Shown: positions 18,198-28,930, counted from the stretch's first letter. The stretch is 64,000 bases of DNA from Rhodospirillaceae bacterium (GCA_002717225.1 PBDG01000009.1:76563-140562); one strand, 5' to 3'. Notes: a model not told the origin generated them from the letters alone. Numbers and translations: made by a program.

Positions 18198-20543
18198 GTG
18201 GATAGGAGAAGGGCGAATTTGACCGATATCGCCAAAGAAGAAACGCGTCTCGAACGCTTCAGCGCAAATGTGCTGCATTGGCGTTGGCCAATTGTGGCGC
18301 TCACAGTGTTGTTCGTCGTTGTCATGGCGGCGGGCGGCCGCCATCTCACCATCAGCAATGACAGCCGAATTTTCTTTAGCGAAGACAATCCTCAGCTCCT
18401 TGCATTCGAAGCTCTGGAATCAACCTATACGGAAGCAAATACGGTTCTCATCGCAATCTCGCCCAAACCGGACTCCAGCACACCCAACATCTTCACCTCT
18501 GAATCACTGACCGCAATCGCTGAGCTAACCGAAGAGAGCTGGCAATTGCCTTATTCGACGCGCGTCGATTCGCTGACCAATTTTTCCCACACCTGGGCCG
18601 ATGGCGACGAGTTGATTGTCGAAGATTTGGTGCTCGACCCTGCGGATTTGAACGCGGAGAAGCTCACGCGCATCAAAGACATTGCACTTGGTGAAATTCA
18701 ACTGGTCAACCGGCTAGTCGGCGCTGACGGAAACACCACGGCGGTGCTTATCAATTTCGTCATGCCGAATGACGATGACAAAGCGGTTGAAGAAGTTTCA
18801 GATCGGGTCAGGGAAATTGTTGAGAATGCGCGCGCCAAACATCCCAACCTCGCCTATTACGTGACCGGCAGCATCATAACCAGCCGTGCCTTCGGTGATG
18901 CGACCTTCGATGACCTCTCTAGGCTGGGACCAATAATTATCGGCGTGATTTTCATTGTCATGGCGTTTCTGCTGCGTTCCGTGACAGGTACCATCGCCAC
19001 ACTTCTTGTGGTGGTCTTCGCCGCCCTGACGGCAATGGGCGCCGCCGGTTGGTCGGGGATGGTTTTATCATCGGGCAATGTTGGCGCACCAACCATCATT
19101 ATGACGGTTGCCATTGCTCATTCGGTCCATGTCATCTCCACCATCATGCTTGGCATGCGCTCAGGTCTTACCAAACGTGAGGCGATCCTAGAATCGCTCC
19201 GGGTAAATGTGCATCCCGTGTTTCTCACCACTCTCACGACGGCGATTGGTTTCTTGAGCATGAACTTTTCCGACGCACCGCCATTTCACACTCTCGGAAA
19301 TCTCGTCGCAATAGGCGTTGTAAGTGCAATGGTCTATGCGCTCGTGTTCGTGCCTGCCCTCGTATATATCCTACCACTTCACGTGCGCGCGCGCCCTCAA
19401 GGCAAGCAGGAATTCTTCGACAGATTTGGCGAATTTATCGTACGCCGACGCACACCGCTTCTCTTTGGCATGGCGGCAATCATTATCGGTCTCGCCTCGG
19501 GCGTGCCCCAGATTGAACTCAACGATAATTGGACAAAATATTTCGATGAACGCTACGAGTTTCGCCGCGACACCGACTACATCATCAACAATCTTACCGG
19601 CGTTGAGGCGTTCGAATTTTCCCTACCAGCCGGCGAAGAGGGTGGGATCAACGATCCTAATTATCTTGCCCGAGTGGACCGCTTCGCGGAATGGTATCGC
19701 GACCAGCCGAAAATCGTTCATGTCTCAGCCTTTTCCGACACTATGAAACGGCTGAATATGAACATGCATGGAGACGACCCAGCCTATTACCGTATTCCTA
19801 CCAACCGCGAATTGGCCGCGCAGTATCTGTTGCTCTATGAGCTGTCGCTGCCCTTCGGGCGTGACCTTAATGACCAAATCGATGTCAGTAAATCGGCGAC
19901 ACGCATGACAGTGATCGGGCGGGACATGTCAGCCAAGGAGCAGCGAGATTCCGCCGCCAGAGCGAACTCCTGGCTCAGGGAAAACATGCCAGCGGATATG
20001 GTCGCTGAAGCGACTGGCCTAACAATGATGTTCGCCTATATCTCTAAACGCAATATTGAGGGCATGTTACGCGGTACGGTGATTGCAATGGCGATAATTT
20101 CGCTAATCCTGATCGTCGCTCTGAAAAGTTTGCCTATCGGGCTTCTCAGCCTATTGCCCAATTTCGTCCCGGCAGCGATGAGCTTCGGTCTTTGGGGCTA
20201 TCTGATCGGTAATGTAGGTGTCGCTGCCTCTGTGGTAACTGCGGTGACCTTCGGTATTGTGGTTGACGATACGATTCACTTTCTTAGTAAATATCTCCGT
20301 GCCCGGCGCGAGCGCGGGCTAGACCCCCAACATGCCGTGCGCTTCGCATTTCGCTCCGTGGGCCATGCCCTCTGGACCACAACAGCAGTACTCACTGCGG
20401 GCTTTATTGTGCTCTCGACATCCGGCTTTGAAGTGAATTGGAATCTAGGGCTCCTCACGGCGATGACCATCGTCATTGCTCTTGCCGCTGATTTCTTTTT
20501 CTTAGCGCCACTTCTGATGAAACTCGATCGGAGAAAGTCATGA
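18198..20543 (+). CDS. MMPL/RND-family inner-membrane transporter
   Basis: Two repeats of 1 TM + periplasmic domain + 5 TM; LTTLTTAIGF and GIVVDDTIHF motifs. Start may be TTG 18219. Confidence 0.88.
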   Translation: MDRRRANLTDIAKEETRLERFSANVLHWRWPIVALTVLFVVVMAAGGRHLTISNDSRIFFSEDNPQLLAFEALESTYTEANTVLIAISPKPDSSTPNIFTSESLTAIAELTEESWQLPYSTRVDSLTNFSHTWADGDELIVEDLVLDPADLNAEKLTRIKDIALGEIQLVNRLVGADGNTTAVLINFVMPNDDDKAVEEVSDRVREIVENARAKHPNLAYYVTGSIITSRAFGDATFDDLSRLGPIIIGVIFIVMAFLLRSVTGTIATLLVVVFAALTAMGAAGWSGMVLSSGNVGAPTIIMTVAIAHSVHVISTIMLGMRSGLTKREAILESLRVNVHPVFLTTLTTAIGFLSMNFSDAPPFHTLGNLVAIGVVSAMVYALVFVPALVYILPLHVRARPQGKQEFFDRFGEFIVRRRTPLLFGMAAIIIGLASGVPQIELNDNWTKYFDERYEFRRDTDYIINNLTGVEAFEFSLPAGEEGGINDPNYLARVDRFAEWYRDQPKIVHVSAFSDTMKRLNMNMHGDDPAYYRIPTNRELAAQYLLLYELSLPFGRDLNDQIDVSKSATRMTVIGRDMSAKEQRDSAARANSWLRENMPADMVAEATGLTMMFAYISKRNIEGMLRGTVIAMAIISLILIVALKSLPIGLLSLLPNFVPAAMSFGLWGYLIGNVGVAASVVTAVTFGIVVDDTIHFLSKYLRARRERGLDPQHAVRFAFRSVGHALWTTTAVLTAGFIVLSTSGFEVNWNLGLLTAMTIVIALAADFFFLAPLLMKLDRRKS

Positions 20544-21334
20544 AACCCATAAACCTCTCCGCCCTTGTATTCGTGGCGACGCTCGCCGTCGGCACAATTC
20601 CCAGCTTTGGCGAAACCATGGAGGAGAAAGGGCTACGTATCGCCCAGGAGGCACAAGTGCGCGATACTGGATTCGGCAATTACACCGCCGACCAAACGAT
20701 GATCCTACGTAACAAACACGGCCAGGAAAGCGAGCGGCATCTGCGCATCAGGGTGCTTGAGAACGAGGCAGATGGCGATATGAGCTTAATCGTGTTCGAT
20801 CGACCACGCGACGTTAAAGGCACCGCTATGCTGACCCATTCACACAAGAGAGAAGATGATGATCAATGGCTTTACCTGCCGGCGCTCAAACGTGTGAAGC
20901 GCATTTCATCGTCCAATAAGGCAGGCTCCTTTATGGGTAGCGAGTTCGCCTATGAGGACATGACCAGCCAGGAACTCGAAAAATATACCCATCGTTGGCT
21001 GCGAGACGAACCATGTGGCGAATTGACCTGTTGGGTATCAGAACGGTCTCCCATAGGGAAAAAATCGGGGTATAGACGGCAAATATCGTGGGTTGATCAG
21101 AAAGAATATAGAATTTGGAAAGTTGATTACTATGACCGCAAAAATGCGCACCTAAAAACTCTGACAGTCCCTAGCCACCAACAATATCTAGGTAAATATT
21201 GGCGCGCTGATGAAATGCTGATGGTCAATCACCTTACCGGCAAGAGCACTCGGCTGATTTGGAACAATTATGATTTTAGCACAGACCTCAACGAAAACGA
21301 TTTCACTAAAGTCAGCCTGAAGCGGGCACGTTAA
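20540..21334 (+). CDS. LolA-like periplasmic 'outer membrane lipoprotein-sorting' protein
   Basis: Signal peptide; P.DVKGT, DDQWLYLPALKRVKRI and SFMGSEFAYED motifs. Confidence 0.85.
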   Translation: MKPINLSALVFVATLAVGTIPSFGETMEEKGLRIAQEAQVRDTGFGNYTADQTMILRNKHGQESERHLRIRVLENEADGDMSLIVFDRPRDVKGTAMLTHSHKREDDDQWLYLPALKRVKRISSSNKAGSFMGSEFAYEDMTSQELEKYTHRWLRDEPCGELTCWVSERSPIGKKSGYRRQISWVDQKEYRIWKVDYYDRKNAHLKTLTVPSHQQYLGKYWRADEMLMVNHLTGKSTRLIWNNYDFSTDLNENDFTKVSLKRAR

Positions 21335-21336
21335 CT

Positions 21337-22578
21337 ATGCGCCACGTGGCCTTTACCATCCTGCTGGTGGGGCTTCTTTTCTACTCCACAGCACCAACTT
21401 CCGCCGATGATGATTTTGTATTCCAGGAAGTCACCGGGCGCATCAACTTAGAAAGTCGCTACTTCCCACAACATAGCCTCCATGACGGACAGCGTGAACA
21501 GAGCGTGTCGCTGGTCGCCGAGCCAGAGGTCTATATAGAAAACGAAGCCGCTCAAGGTCTCCTGCTCAAACCTTTCTTCCGATATGACAGTGCAGACGCA
21601 AGCCGAACTCATTGGGATCTGCGCGAGGCTTATGGCCTCTTTTACGGAGAGTTTGAAGACAGCGAGTGGGAGCTTCGCATCGGTTTGGATAAGGTATTTT
21701 GGGGTGTCGTCGAAGCGCGCCACATCGTCGATATCATTAATCAAACTGATCTGATTGAAAATCCAAACCAGGAGGAGAAACTTGGCCAGCCCATGGTGCA
21801 CGCCACCTGGCTAAACGATTTAGGCACCTTTGAAGCCTTTGTTCTGCCCTATTTCCGAAAGCGCGCATTTCAGAGTCGGACAGGGCGTCTCCGCAACCAG
21901 ATCCTCATCGACAGCAAACAATCCTCCTTTGAGAGCGCCGCCCAGCAGCGCCATCTTGACGTCGCGGCACGATATAGCCATAGCATCAACATACTCGATT
22001 TAGGCCTTTCCATTTTTGATGGCACCAACCGCAATCCAACCTTCACCCTCGGGTTAGATCCCGGCGGTGATGTGGTGCTGCTACCGCTTTATGAGCAAAT
22101 TCGTCAATATGGTGTGGACGCGCAGATCACTACCGGTGCCTGGTTGCTCAAATTCGAAGGTACTTGGCGTGAGGGCGAGCGCAACAGCGTGTCACTGGAG
22201 GAGGATTTCCTCTCCTTGGTCAGCGGCTTTGAATACACTTGGTATAGCATTCATGAGAGTGACATCGACCTAGGTCTGCTAATGGAATTTCTATATGACG
22301 GGCGTGATGAGCGCGCCACTGTCGCCACTGAAGAAGACCTCTTCGTCGCCGCCCGCCTCGCTTTCAACGACGAAGCGAGCACAGACGTGTTGTTTGGTAT
22401 CCAACAAGACCTGGATAAATCAACGCGCAACCTTTTTATTGAAGCCAACCGACGCCTAGACAACAATTTCTCCCTGGGTCTCGAAGGTACCGCTTTTCTC
22501 AATATAGACACCCATGACAGCCAGTTCGGATTACGCAAGGACAGTTACCTTCAACTCGATCTCACCTATCACTTTTAA
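21337..22578 (+). CDS. putative outer-membrane beta-barrel protein
   Basis: Signal peptide, DLREAY..RIG...VFWG...DIIN motif, amphipathic strands, C-terminal LTYHF. Confidence 0.72.
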   Translation: MRHVAFTILLVGLLFYSTAPTSADDDFVFQEVTGRINLESRYFPQHSLHDGQREQSVSLVAEPEVYIENEAAQGLLLKPFFRYDSADASRTHWDLREAYGLFYGEFEDSEWELRIGLDKVFWGVVEARHIVDIINQTDLIENPNQEEKLGQPMVHATWLNDLGTFEAFVLPYFRKRAFQSRTGRLRNQILIDSKQSSFESAAQQRHLDVAARYSHSINILDLGLSIFDGTNRNPTFTLGLDPGGDVVLLPLYEQIRQYGVDAQITTGAWLLKFEGTWREGERNSVSLEEDFLSLVSGFEYTWYSIHESDIDLGLLMEFLYDGRDERATVATEEDLFVAARLAFNDEASTDVLFGIQQDLDKSTRNLFIEANRRLDNNFSLGLEGTAFLNIDTHDSQFGLRKDSYLQLDLTYHF

Positions 22579-22873
22579 TCGCTGTGGATCATAGGAATTA
22601 ACTCTTTGCAACGCCTCTAACTACCAGGCGAACACATAGGGTCTATCCTGAATCAAAACAATCACTTAATAGTACTATCGTTCAATGCGTTGCACTCTTG
22701 TGATCCATGTCCCGTCCAGGTTCTTTATCACACAGCGCCCCACGGCAAAGCTCTTAGGCAAACAGGTCAACCGTGTGAAACATAATATACCCGCAAGTAA
22801 TGTTTGCGTGAGACGCTCCCGGCTCAATAATTTGGCTCAATTCTCGGCCTGGTTATGCAACAGTGTCCACGAG

Positions 22874-23827
22874 TCATTCCAGTACGGTGGCATATTCTTC
22901 GATAGACAGTGTGTCTGGAATCAGACCCTGCTGCTGCATGAATTGGGCAAAGCGCATGTAGCGCGCACGGTCCAGAGCAGCGGGGCGCAGCGCGAAACGA
23001 GGCAGGGTATCGCGCCAGGCACGGCGGTTGAGTTCATCGTTTAATTCTTCCCGTCCACGAATGAAGAGTTCCCAGCTTACCTCCGGATGGTTAACAAGAT
23101 AGCGTACGCCGTCTTCCAGTGCATCGAGAAAGCGCCGCAGCACCTCGCGGTCCATGTGCTCTGGGTTGGCGACCAGGATCAACTCGTCATAACTCGGGAC
23201 CCCTTCCTCCTCAACATAGAAAGCTCGGCCCTCATAGCCCTCGATCGCCATCTGGTTGAGCTCAAAATTGCGATAGGCGCCTATCACCGCATCGACTTGG
23301 CCGGCCAACAGCGCTGGCGAGAGAGAAAAATTTACGTTCACTAAGGTAATGTCGGCGAGGGTGAGGCCGTGGCGTGCGAGCATAGCGCGCAGCAGGGCGT
23401 CCTCAAAGCCTCCAACGGAAAAGCCAACCTTACGGCCTTTCAGATCCGCTATCGTTTTTACGGGCCCATCCTTGAGCACGAGAAGGGTGTTCAAGGGAGT
23501 CGCCACCAGGGTACCAAAGCGGGTGAGCGGCAAGCCAGCGGCAACCTGGACATGAAGCTGCGGCTGGTATGAGACAGCAATATCAGCCTTGCCAGCGGCA
23601 ACCAACTTAGGTGGATCGTTTGGATCGGCCGGAGCGATCATCTCAACCTCAAGCTGCCGTTGCGCGAAATAGCCCATCTCCTCAGCGACAAAAAGCGGCG
23701 CATGGTCAGGATTGATAAACCAGTCGAGCAGCAGGATAAGTTTATCGTTCGCCCTGGCATGCGGTACTACCAGAAAAAGAATGAAGGCAGCTGGCAACAA
23801 AACTCTCAGCATAAAGTTGTAAATCAT
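22874..23827 (-). CDS. thiY: NMT1/THI5-like thiamine-precursor ABC substrate-binding protein
   Basis: LDWFINPDHAP, AVSYQP, GAYRNFE and GVPSYDEL motifs; downstream of a TPP riboswitch. Confidence 0.85.
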   Translation of the reverse strand: MIYNFMLRVLLPAAFILFLVVPHARANDKLILLLDWFINPDHAPLFVAEEMGYFAQRQLEVEMIAPADPNDPPKLVAAGKADIAVSYQPQLHVQVAAGLPLTRFGTLVATPLNTLLVLKDGPVKTIADLKGRKVGFSVGGFEDALLRAMLARHGLTLADITLVNVNFSLSPALLAGQVDAVIGAYRNFELNQMAIEGYEGRAFYVEEEGVPSYDELILVANPEHMDREVLRRFLDALEDGVRYLVNHPEVSWELFIRGREELNDELNRRAWRDTLPRFALRPAALDRARYMRFAQFMQQQGLIPDTLSIEEYATVLE

Positions 23828-23835
23828 ATGTCCGG

Positions 23836-24597
23836 TTACTCCTCTTTTTGCAGCGTCGATCGGTCAGGCTGCCACGGTAGGGCGCGGCGGAGAGCGTTAT
23901 CGATGACGAAATAGATCAGCACAGCGAAGATGGCTAAAGTGAACAAGGCGGCAAACATCAGATCAGCTTGTAGACGACCATTGGCATGCAGCATGAGGTA
24001 GCCGAGACCAGCGCTGGAGCCGACCCATTCACCGACAACTGCGCCAATAGGCGCAACAGCAGTGGCGACACGCAAACCGGAAGCAAGCGCCGGGAGCGCA
24101 GCAGGTATGCGAATATGAAGGAGCATCGTCCAGGGACTCGCGCCCATAGTTCGTGCTAGGTCAGTCCAGCCTGGATCGGTGCGTCTCAGGCCGTCGAAAA
24201 ATCCAGCGGCGACCGGAAAATAGATTATAAGCACAGCCATCGCCACTTTGGAAGCGATACCATATCCGAGCCACAGTACCAAGATCGGTGCAAGCGCGAA
24301 AACCGGCACCGCCTGACTTGCGACAAGAACTGGCAACAACCAGCGCTGCGCAGGCCGAAAATAGGCGAGCACAAGAGCGCTGAAAACGCCAAGTATAGTG
24401 CCGCAGAGAAGACCGAGGGTGATCTCCAACAAGGTTACGCCGGCATGGCCAAGGATCGCCATATGATTGGTCCACCAAGCAATGGCGACATCAGCGGGGG
24501 CCGGCAGAATGAAATGTGGTGCGCCGGTTAGCCAAACGATTATTTGCCATAGCAGGATCAAACCGGCAGCAATGATCAGCGGGCGAAAATAGCACAT
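23836..24597 (-). CDS. thiX: ABC transporter permease (NitT/TauT type)
   Basis: FILPAP, FALAP, GAVVGEW..GLG motifs; hydrophobic helices. Confidence 0.82.
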   Translation of the reverse strand: MCYFRPLIIAAGLILLWQIIVWLTGAPHFILPAPADVAIAWWTNHMAILGHAGVTLLEITLGLLCGTILGVFSALVLAYFRPAQRWLLPVLVASQAVPVFALAPILVLWLGYGIASKVAMAVLIIYFPVAAGFFDGLRRTDPGWTDLARTMGASPWTMLLHIRIPAALPALASGLRVATAVAPIGAVVGEWVGSSAGLGYLMLHANGRLQADLMFAALFTLAIFAVLIYFVIDNALRRALPWQPDRSTLQKEE

Positions 24598-25382
24598 TAA
24601 AAACCCGCCTCCGCTGCACCGAGCCGGCTTAGCAGTTCAGCATGGTGAGTAAGAAATTCAACATCTGCGGGATCGCGTGGGGTTTTACCGACGGGCGACG
24701 GCACCTCGGTAAGTTGCGCCGGTCGACCGGACATAATGAAGATGCATTCACCGAGGCGGAGTGCCTCCATCGGGTCATGGGTAACGAGCAGGATGGTGCG
24801 CCCGCGTAGGAGCTTGGTGGCAAGCTCCTGTAAACGCAGGCGAGTGACGGCATCGAGAGCAGAAAAGGGCTCGTCCATCAGCACCGTCGCACGTGCCTCC
24901 ATCAGAGTACGGGCGAGAGCAACACGCTGACGCATGCCACCAGAGAGCGCAGCTGGACGGGCATGCGCGTAGTTGTCTAGGCCCACCCTAGCGAGAAGGT
25001 CGCGGGCACGAGAACGATCTGGCGTATCGCTACGCAGACGCTGACCAAGAATTACATTGCCGAGTGCGTCGAGCCAGGGCAGCAGCAGGTCCTGCTGAGC
25101 CATATAGGCAGGTGGAGTAACAGCCCGATCAGAAACCTGATCACCGCTCACTATGAATTTGACTGATCCGCCGCCTTCGACCACCTCCAGGCCAGCGATC
25201 AGGCGCAGCAAGCTCGATTTGCCGACACCCGAGGGACCAAGAAGGACACTCACTCGCCCGGCTGGCAGTTCCAGGTCTAAATCATGAAAAAGAACAGAAC
25301 CCTCATAACTCAGATTGACCCGTGACAAACGGATCGCGGGTGGCGGTGAGAGGGGCTGAAAAAACTTTTCGCTGTTTGTCAC
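24597..25382 (-). CDS. thiZ: ABC transporter ATP-binding protein (NitT/TauT type)
   Basis: GPSGVGKS, LSGGMRQR, MDEPFSALD. Start revised to in-frame GTG 25382 because the TTG at 25442 lies inside the riboswitch. Confidence 0.82.
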   Translation of the reverse strand: MTNSEKFFQPLSPPPAIRLSRVNLSYEGSVLFHDLDLELPAGRVSVLLGPSGVGKSSLLRLIAGLEVVEGGGSVKFIVSGDQVSDRAVTPPAYMAQQDLLLPWLDALGNVILGQRLRSDTPDRSRARDLLARVGLDNYAHARPAALSGGMRQRVALARTLMEARATVLMDEPFSALDAVTRLRLQELATKLLRGRTILLVTHDPMEALRLGECIFIMSGRPAQLTEVPSPVGKTPRDPADVEFLTHHAELLSRLGAAEAGF

Positions 25383-25388
25383 ATTCCC

Positions 25389-25475
25389 AGTTCCTACGCC
25401 GGCATTACCCGGGTCAGGTGTCGGGGTCGTTGGCAGCGCCAACCTCTCAGCATAATTAGCTCCCCCCGAGGAGAC
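25389..25475 (-). ncRNA. TPP (THI-box) riboswitch
   Basis: Minus strand reads CCTCGGGGGGAGC..GCTGAGAGG..GACCCCGACACCTGACCCGGGTAATGCCGGCGTAGGAA, containing the conserved GCTGAGA, ACCTGA and TAATGCC.GCGTAGG elements. Confidence 0.93.
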
Positions 25476-25626
25476 TCAAAATATGTCTGACAGCTGAGGT
25501 TAGCGCAAGGAGGAAAACCTCGTATTGACTTGGAAGAGTGGACCGTTTTTTAGATCGCCTAGTGCAAACCGAGGGCAACCGTATTACAAACTCATGGTCT
25601 TCTGTTGCAATATTCAATAGGCTGTG

Positions 25627-26790
25627 ATGGACTTTCTCACACAAGACCAGGAAGCGCTCGACGAAACCATCTCACGAATCTGCGCAGATTTCGGCGACGA
25701 TTACTGGCTGGCGCGGGATACGGACGGGAACTATCCGGAAAAGTTCGTTGCCGCTATTGCCGACGGCGGCTGGCTTGGCATCGCCATGCCAGAGGCACAT
25801 GGTGGTGCCGGTCTCGGCGTCACTGAAGCGGCCCTCATGATGCGTCGCATCGCCCAGTCAGGGGGCGGCTTCGCTGCCGCGTCCTCAGTGCATATAAATA
25901 TTTTTGGGCCCCATCCGATCGTCAAATACGGTACGCCCGAACAACAGGCGCGCTTGTTGCCGCCGCTGATCCAGGGCCGCGACCGCACCTGCTTCGGTAT
26001 TACAGAGCCCAATGCGGGCCTTGACACTGGCGCGATAGAGACCCGCGCCGAGTGGGACGGCAGTCATTATGTGGTGCATGGCCAAAAACTCTGGACATCC
26101 ACCGCCCAGCGGGCCAGCAAAATTATGCTGCTCGCCCGTACCGAGGGCAAGGATATCGTCGCCAAAAGCACCGACGGCCTCTCCCTGTTCTACACTGACC
26201 TCGACCAGGCTCATGTCGAAATACGGGAGATCGCCAAGATGGGCCGCAAGGCAGTGGATTCCAACGCACTCTTTATTGACGGCCTGAAAATTTCGCGTGC
26301 CGATTTAATTGGCGAGGAAGGTGAGGGTTTCCACTGCCTCCTCGACGGCCTAAACCCTGAGCGCATATTAATCGGCGCCGAGGCAATCGGGTTGGGGCGC
26401 TGTGCACTCACTAAAGCAGTGAACTACGCCCGTGAGCGCGAAGTATTTGGCCGGCCTATCGGCCAGAATCAGGCTATCCAGCACCCTCTAGCCGAAGCTT
26501 GGGCGGAGCTGGAGGCAGCTGATTTGATGGTGTTCAAGGCAGCACGGCTCTACGACGCAGGTGAGGCTTGCGGCGCGGAAGCCAATGCTGGGAAACACCT
26601 TGCTGCCGAAGCGGCTCACAAAGCTTGCGAACGCGCCGTCCTCACCCTTGGCGGCATGGGTTACGCCAAAGAATATCACGTCGAACGCTATTTGCGCGAA
26701 AGCTATATCGCCCGCATCGCGCCGGTAAGCAGAGAAATGATTCTCAATTTCATCGCCGAACGGGTCTTGGATTTACCACGCTCTTATTAG
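25627..26790 (+). CDS. acyl-CoA dehydrogenase family protein
   Basis: FGITEPNAG, GQKLWTS, LNPERI, FGRPIGQNQ, GGMGY. Confidence 0.92.
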   Translation: MDFLTQDQEALDETISRICADFGDDYWLARDTDGNYPEKFVAAIADGGWLGIAMPEAHGGAGLGVTEAALMMRRIAQSGGGFAAASSVHINIFGPHPIVKYGTPEQQARLLPPLIQGRDRTCFGITEPNAGLDTGAIETRAEWDGSHYVVHGQKLWTSTAQRASKIMLLARTEGKDIVAKSTDGLSLFYTDLDQAHVEIREIAKMGRKAVDSNALFIDGLKISRADLIGEEGEGFHCLLDGLNPERILIGAEAIGLGRCALTKAVNYAREREVFGRPIGQNQAIQHPLAEAWAELEAADLMVFKAARLYDAGEACGAEANAGKHLAAEAAHKACERAVLTLGGMGYAKEYHVERYLRESYIARIAPVSREMILNFIAERVLDLPRSY

Positions 26791-26914
26791 GCTCAGTTGA
26801 AACCGCCCCTGCCCAACACCCGCAGCCGCTCTTCCCCCCAACCTAATAGGCGTGATCCCTTCGCCATTAAGCAAACACTACGTTGCCAACAATTACGTCC
26901 GTTCGAAGTTTTCT

Positions 26915-28930
26915 CTATGCGACCCGAAGTGTCGGCGTTTCGTTACGCGCCTCGCCGGGAGCGTTCCAGTGGGACGCGGTCCGACGCTTCAGCATATCTC
27001 GGAATTGCTGGGTCGTTTTTGTCAGCAACTCGCCGGTACCCCAATCTACGATAACTCCATACTGGCGGATAAGATCAAGAGTATCGAGTTCCTTGGCGCG
27101 ATATTTTGCCGCAATCCCCTCGGCATCCTCATCCAGCCAAAGATGGCGGTTGTCCCGGATATAAGTGCGCTTAGCCTCGGTTTCAGTCTCGTCAACCTCA
27201 TATTCCGCAAGATCAGCGTCCACTTCACGTACGATTACACCATAATCTTTTGCTGCCCGCGAAATGGATACATAGCCCTCGCGCACATCGTCGCACACAG
27301 CCTGAATATCACGTTCCAGAGGATCACCAAGCCCGCCGCCGCCAGCTGAGGGCCTTGTCAGCACATCGCCGGATTCGACTGGTACACCAGAAAATAACGA
27401 GCCAAGATAACGTTCGCCCTGGCTGCCAGGATTGACCCAGACGCCATGCGGGATCGACGGCAAGCCACCCCATAAGCCCCAGGTGACCGAGCGCTCTCGA
27501 TCGCAGCAATAGGAAACTACGGAGCGTTCCGCGTCGGTCAAGGTGACCCCCTTCTCCACGCCCATCCCACCGCGCGAAGAGCCGGGGCCGCCAGAATCGA
27601 CGATCAACTCATGCTCGGTGGTAACCACAGGAGCAAGGCGCTCCTGGCCCTCGAAAGGCTGGGTGCCAAGTTGAACACCGAAAACCGGCCCGGAGGCAGC
27701 CCAGCCGTCGCGCCCGTTACGCGCGCCCCAGCCGCCGACCATCCAGTCGTACCACATGAAATAGGGTTGCCCCTCCTTGCGCCCATCGCGCCCACCGATG
27801 AGCAGGTATTCGAGATTAAAGGTACACGCCATCGCACGTTCAGGCAGAATCTCAGCCCACAACTCGAATACTGAGTTCATGATTTTCTCAAATGGCCCCG
27901 AACAAAACCCTGCGACCGGGGTTGGCCAATTAGCGTTGACTACCGAACCCTCTGGGCCAAGATCAACAGTAACCACCCGGTAAAAACCTGAATTGAGCGG
28001 GATGTCCGGCGACTGCATCTTGGTACCCGCAACAATCGCTGCGAATGCGCCGCCATAGCAACAATTGAGGAAGGTTGAGATCGTTTTCGGATGCGAATTC
28101 GAGAGGTCGTAATGCACCGAATCTCCATCGATGGTCATTTTGATGCGGATTGGTATAAGCCCTTCACCCTGCACAGGGTCCACGTCGATATAATCTTCTG
28201 TCTCCCAAACGCCGTCGGGCAGCTTCGCGATCCGCTGACGAGTGAGAGTCTCAACATAATCTTGAACCTCTCGGAATGATGTCTGGATCACCTCAACGCC
28301 GTATTTATCACAAAGGCGACAGATTTCTTTTTCCGCGATATTACATGCTTCAGCCTGGGCTTGTAGATCACCGATAATGTCGTCCGGAGCGCGGGTGTTG
28401 CTGGCGATGAGCTCAGCTACGTCAGAGAGGTAGACACCTTTGCTATATACCCGAACAGGCGTGATGCGCAGGCCCTCCGCCATGTGATCGAGCGCGTTCA
28501 CGTTGAACGAGCCAGGCACCGCGCCGCCTACATCGGCCCAATGACCGTTTGCCTGGGCAAATCCGAGATGGATATCCTTGTAGAAGATCGGGCGCACGAT
28601 GCGAGTATCATTGAAATGGGTGCCGCCCTGATAGACGTCGTTGACGACAAATGTATCACCGGGGTGCACATCGTCACCGAACTTATTAATCACGGCCTGT
28701 GCGGTGTAATGCAACGTTCCCACGTGAGCTGCAATATCGCCGCTTCCCTGCATAACCGTATTACCCTCCGTATCGCAAATGGCAGAGGAGAAGTCGCGTG
28801 ACCAGATGACGAAGGAATAGCAGGTCCGGAATATCTGCTCCGCCATTTGATCTACGATGTTGACATAGGCGTTTTTCAGAACCTCAAAGGTAACGGGATC
28901 CAGGGTGTAACCTTCTTTATTTGCACTCAC
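26915..28930 (-). CDS. hydantoinase B / oxoprolinase family protein
   Basis: DPVTFEV, RDFS, PGD...ND.Y.GGTH.ND, DSGGPG..RGG, GGGGLGDP; GTG 28930 with GAGG RBS. Confidence 0.9.
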   Translation of the reverse strand: MSANKEGYTLDPVTFEVLKNAYVNIVDQMAEQIFRTCYSFVIWSRDFSSAICDTEGNTVMQGSGDIAAHVGTLHYTAQAVINKFGDDVHPGDTFVVNDVYQGGTHFNDTRIVRPIFYKDIHLGFAQANGHWADVGGAVPGSFNVNALDHMAEGLRITPVRVYSKGVYLSDVAELIASNTRAPDDIIGDLQAQAEACNIAEKEICRLCDKYGVEVIQTSFREVQDYVETLTRQRIAKLPDGVWETEDYIDVDPVQGEGLIPIRIKMTIDGDSVHYDLSNSHPKTISTFLNCCYGGAFAAIVAGTKMQSPDIPLNSGFYRVVTVDLGPEGSVVNANWPTPVAGFCSGPFEKIMNSVFELWAEILPERAMACTFNLEYLLIGGRDGRKEGQPYFMWYDWMVGGWGARNGRDGWAASGPVFGVQLGTQPFEGQERLAPVVTTEHELIVDSGGPGSSRGGMGVEKGVTLTDAERSVVSYCCDRERSVTWGLWGGLPSIPHGVWVNPGSQGERYLGSLFSGVPVESGDVLTRPSAGGGGLGDPLERDIQAVCDDVREGYVSISRAAKDYGVIVREVDADLAEYEVDETETEAKRTYIRDNRHLWLDEDAEGIAAKYRAKELDTLDLIRQYGVIVDWGTGELLTKTTQQFRDMLKRRTASHWNAPGEARNETPTLRVA

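Noticed and set aside
22579..22873. 295-bp gap between convergent operons (possible sRNA or gene remnant)
   Set aside because: No convincing ORF, repeat or known RNA motif.
25383..25442. N-terminal extension of thiZ from TTG 25442
   Set aside because: Overlaps the TPP aptamer and is not protein-like.
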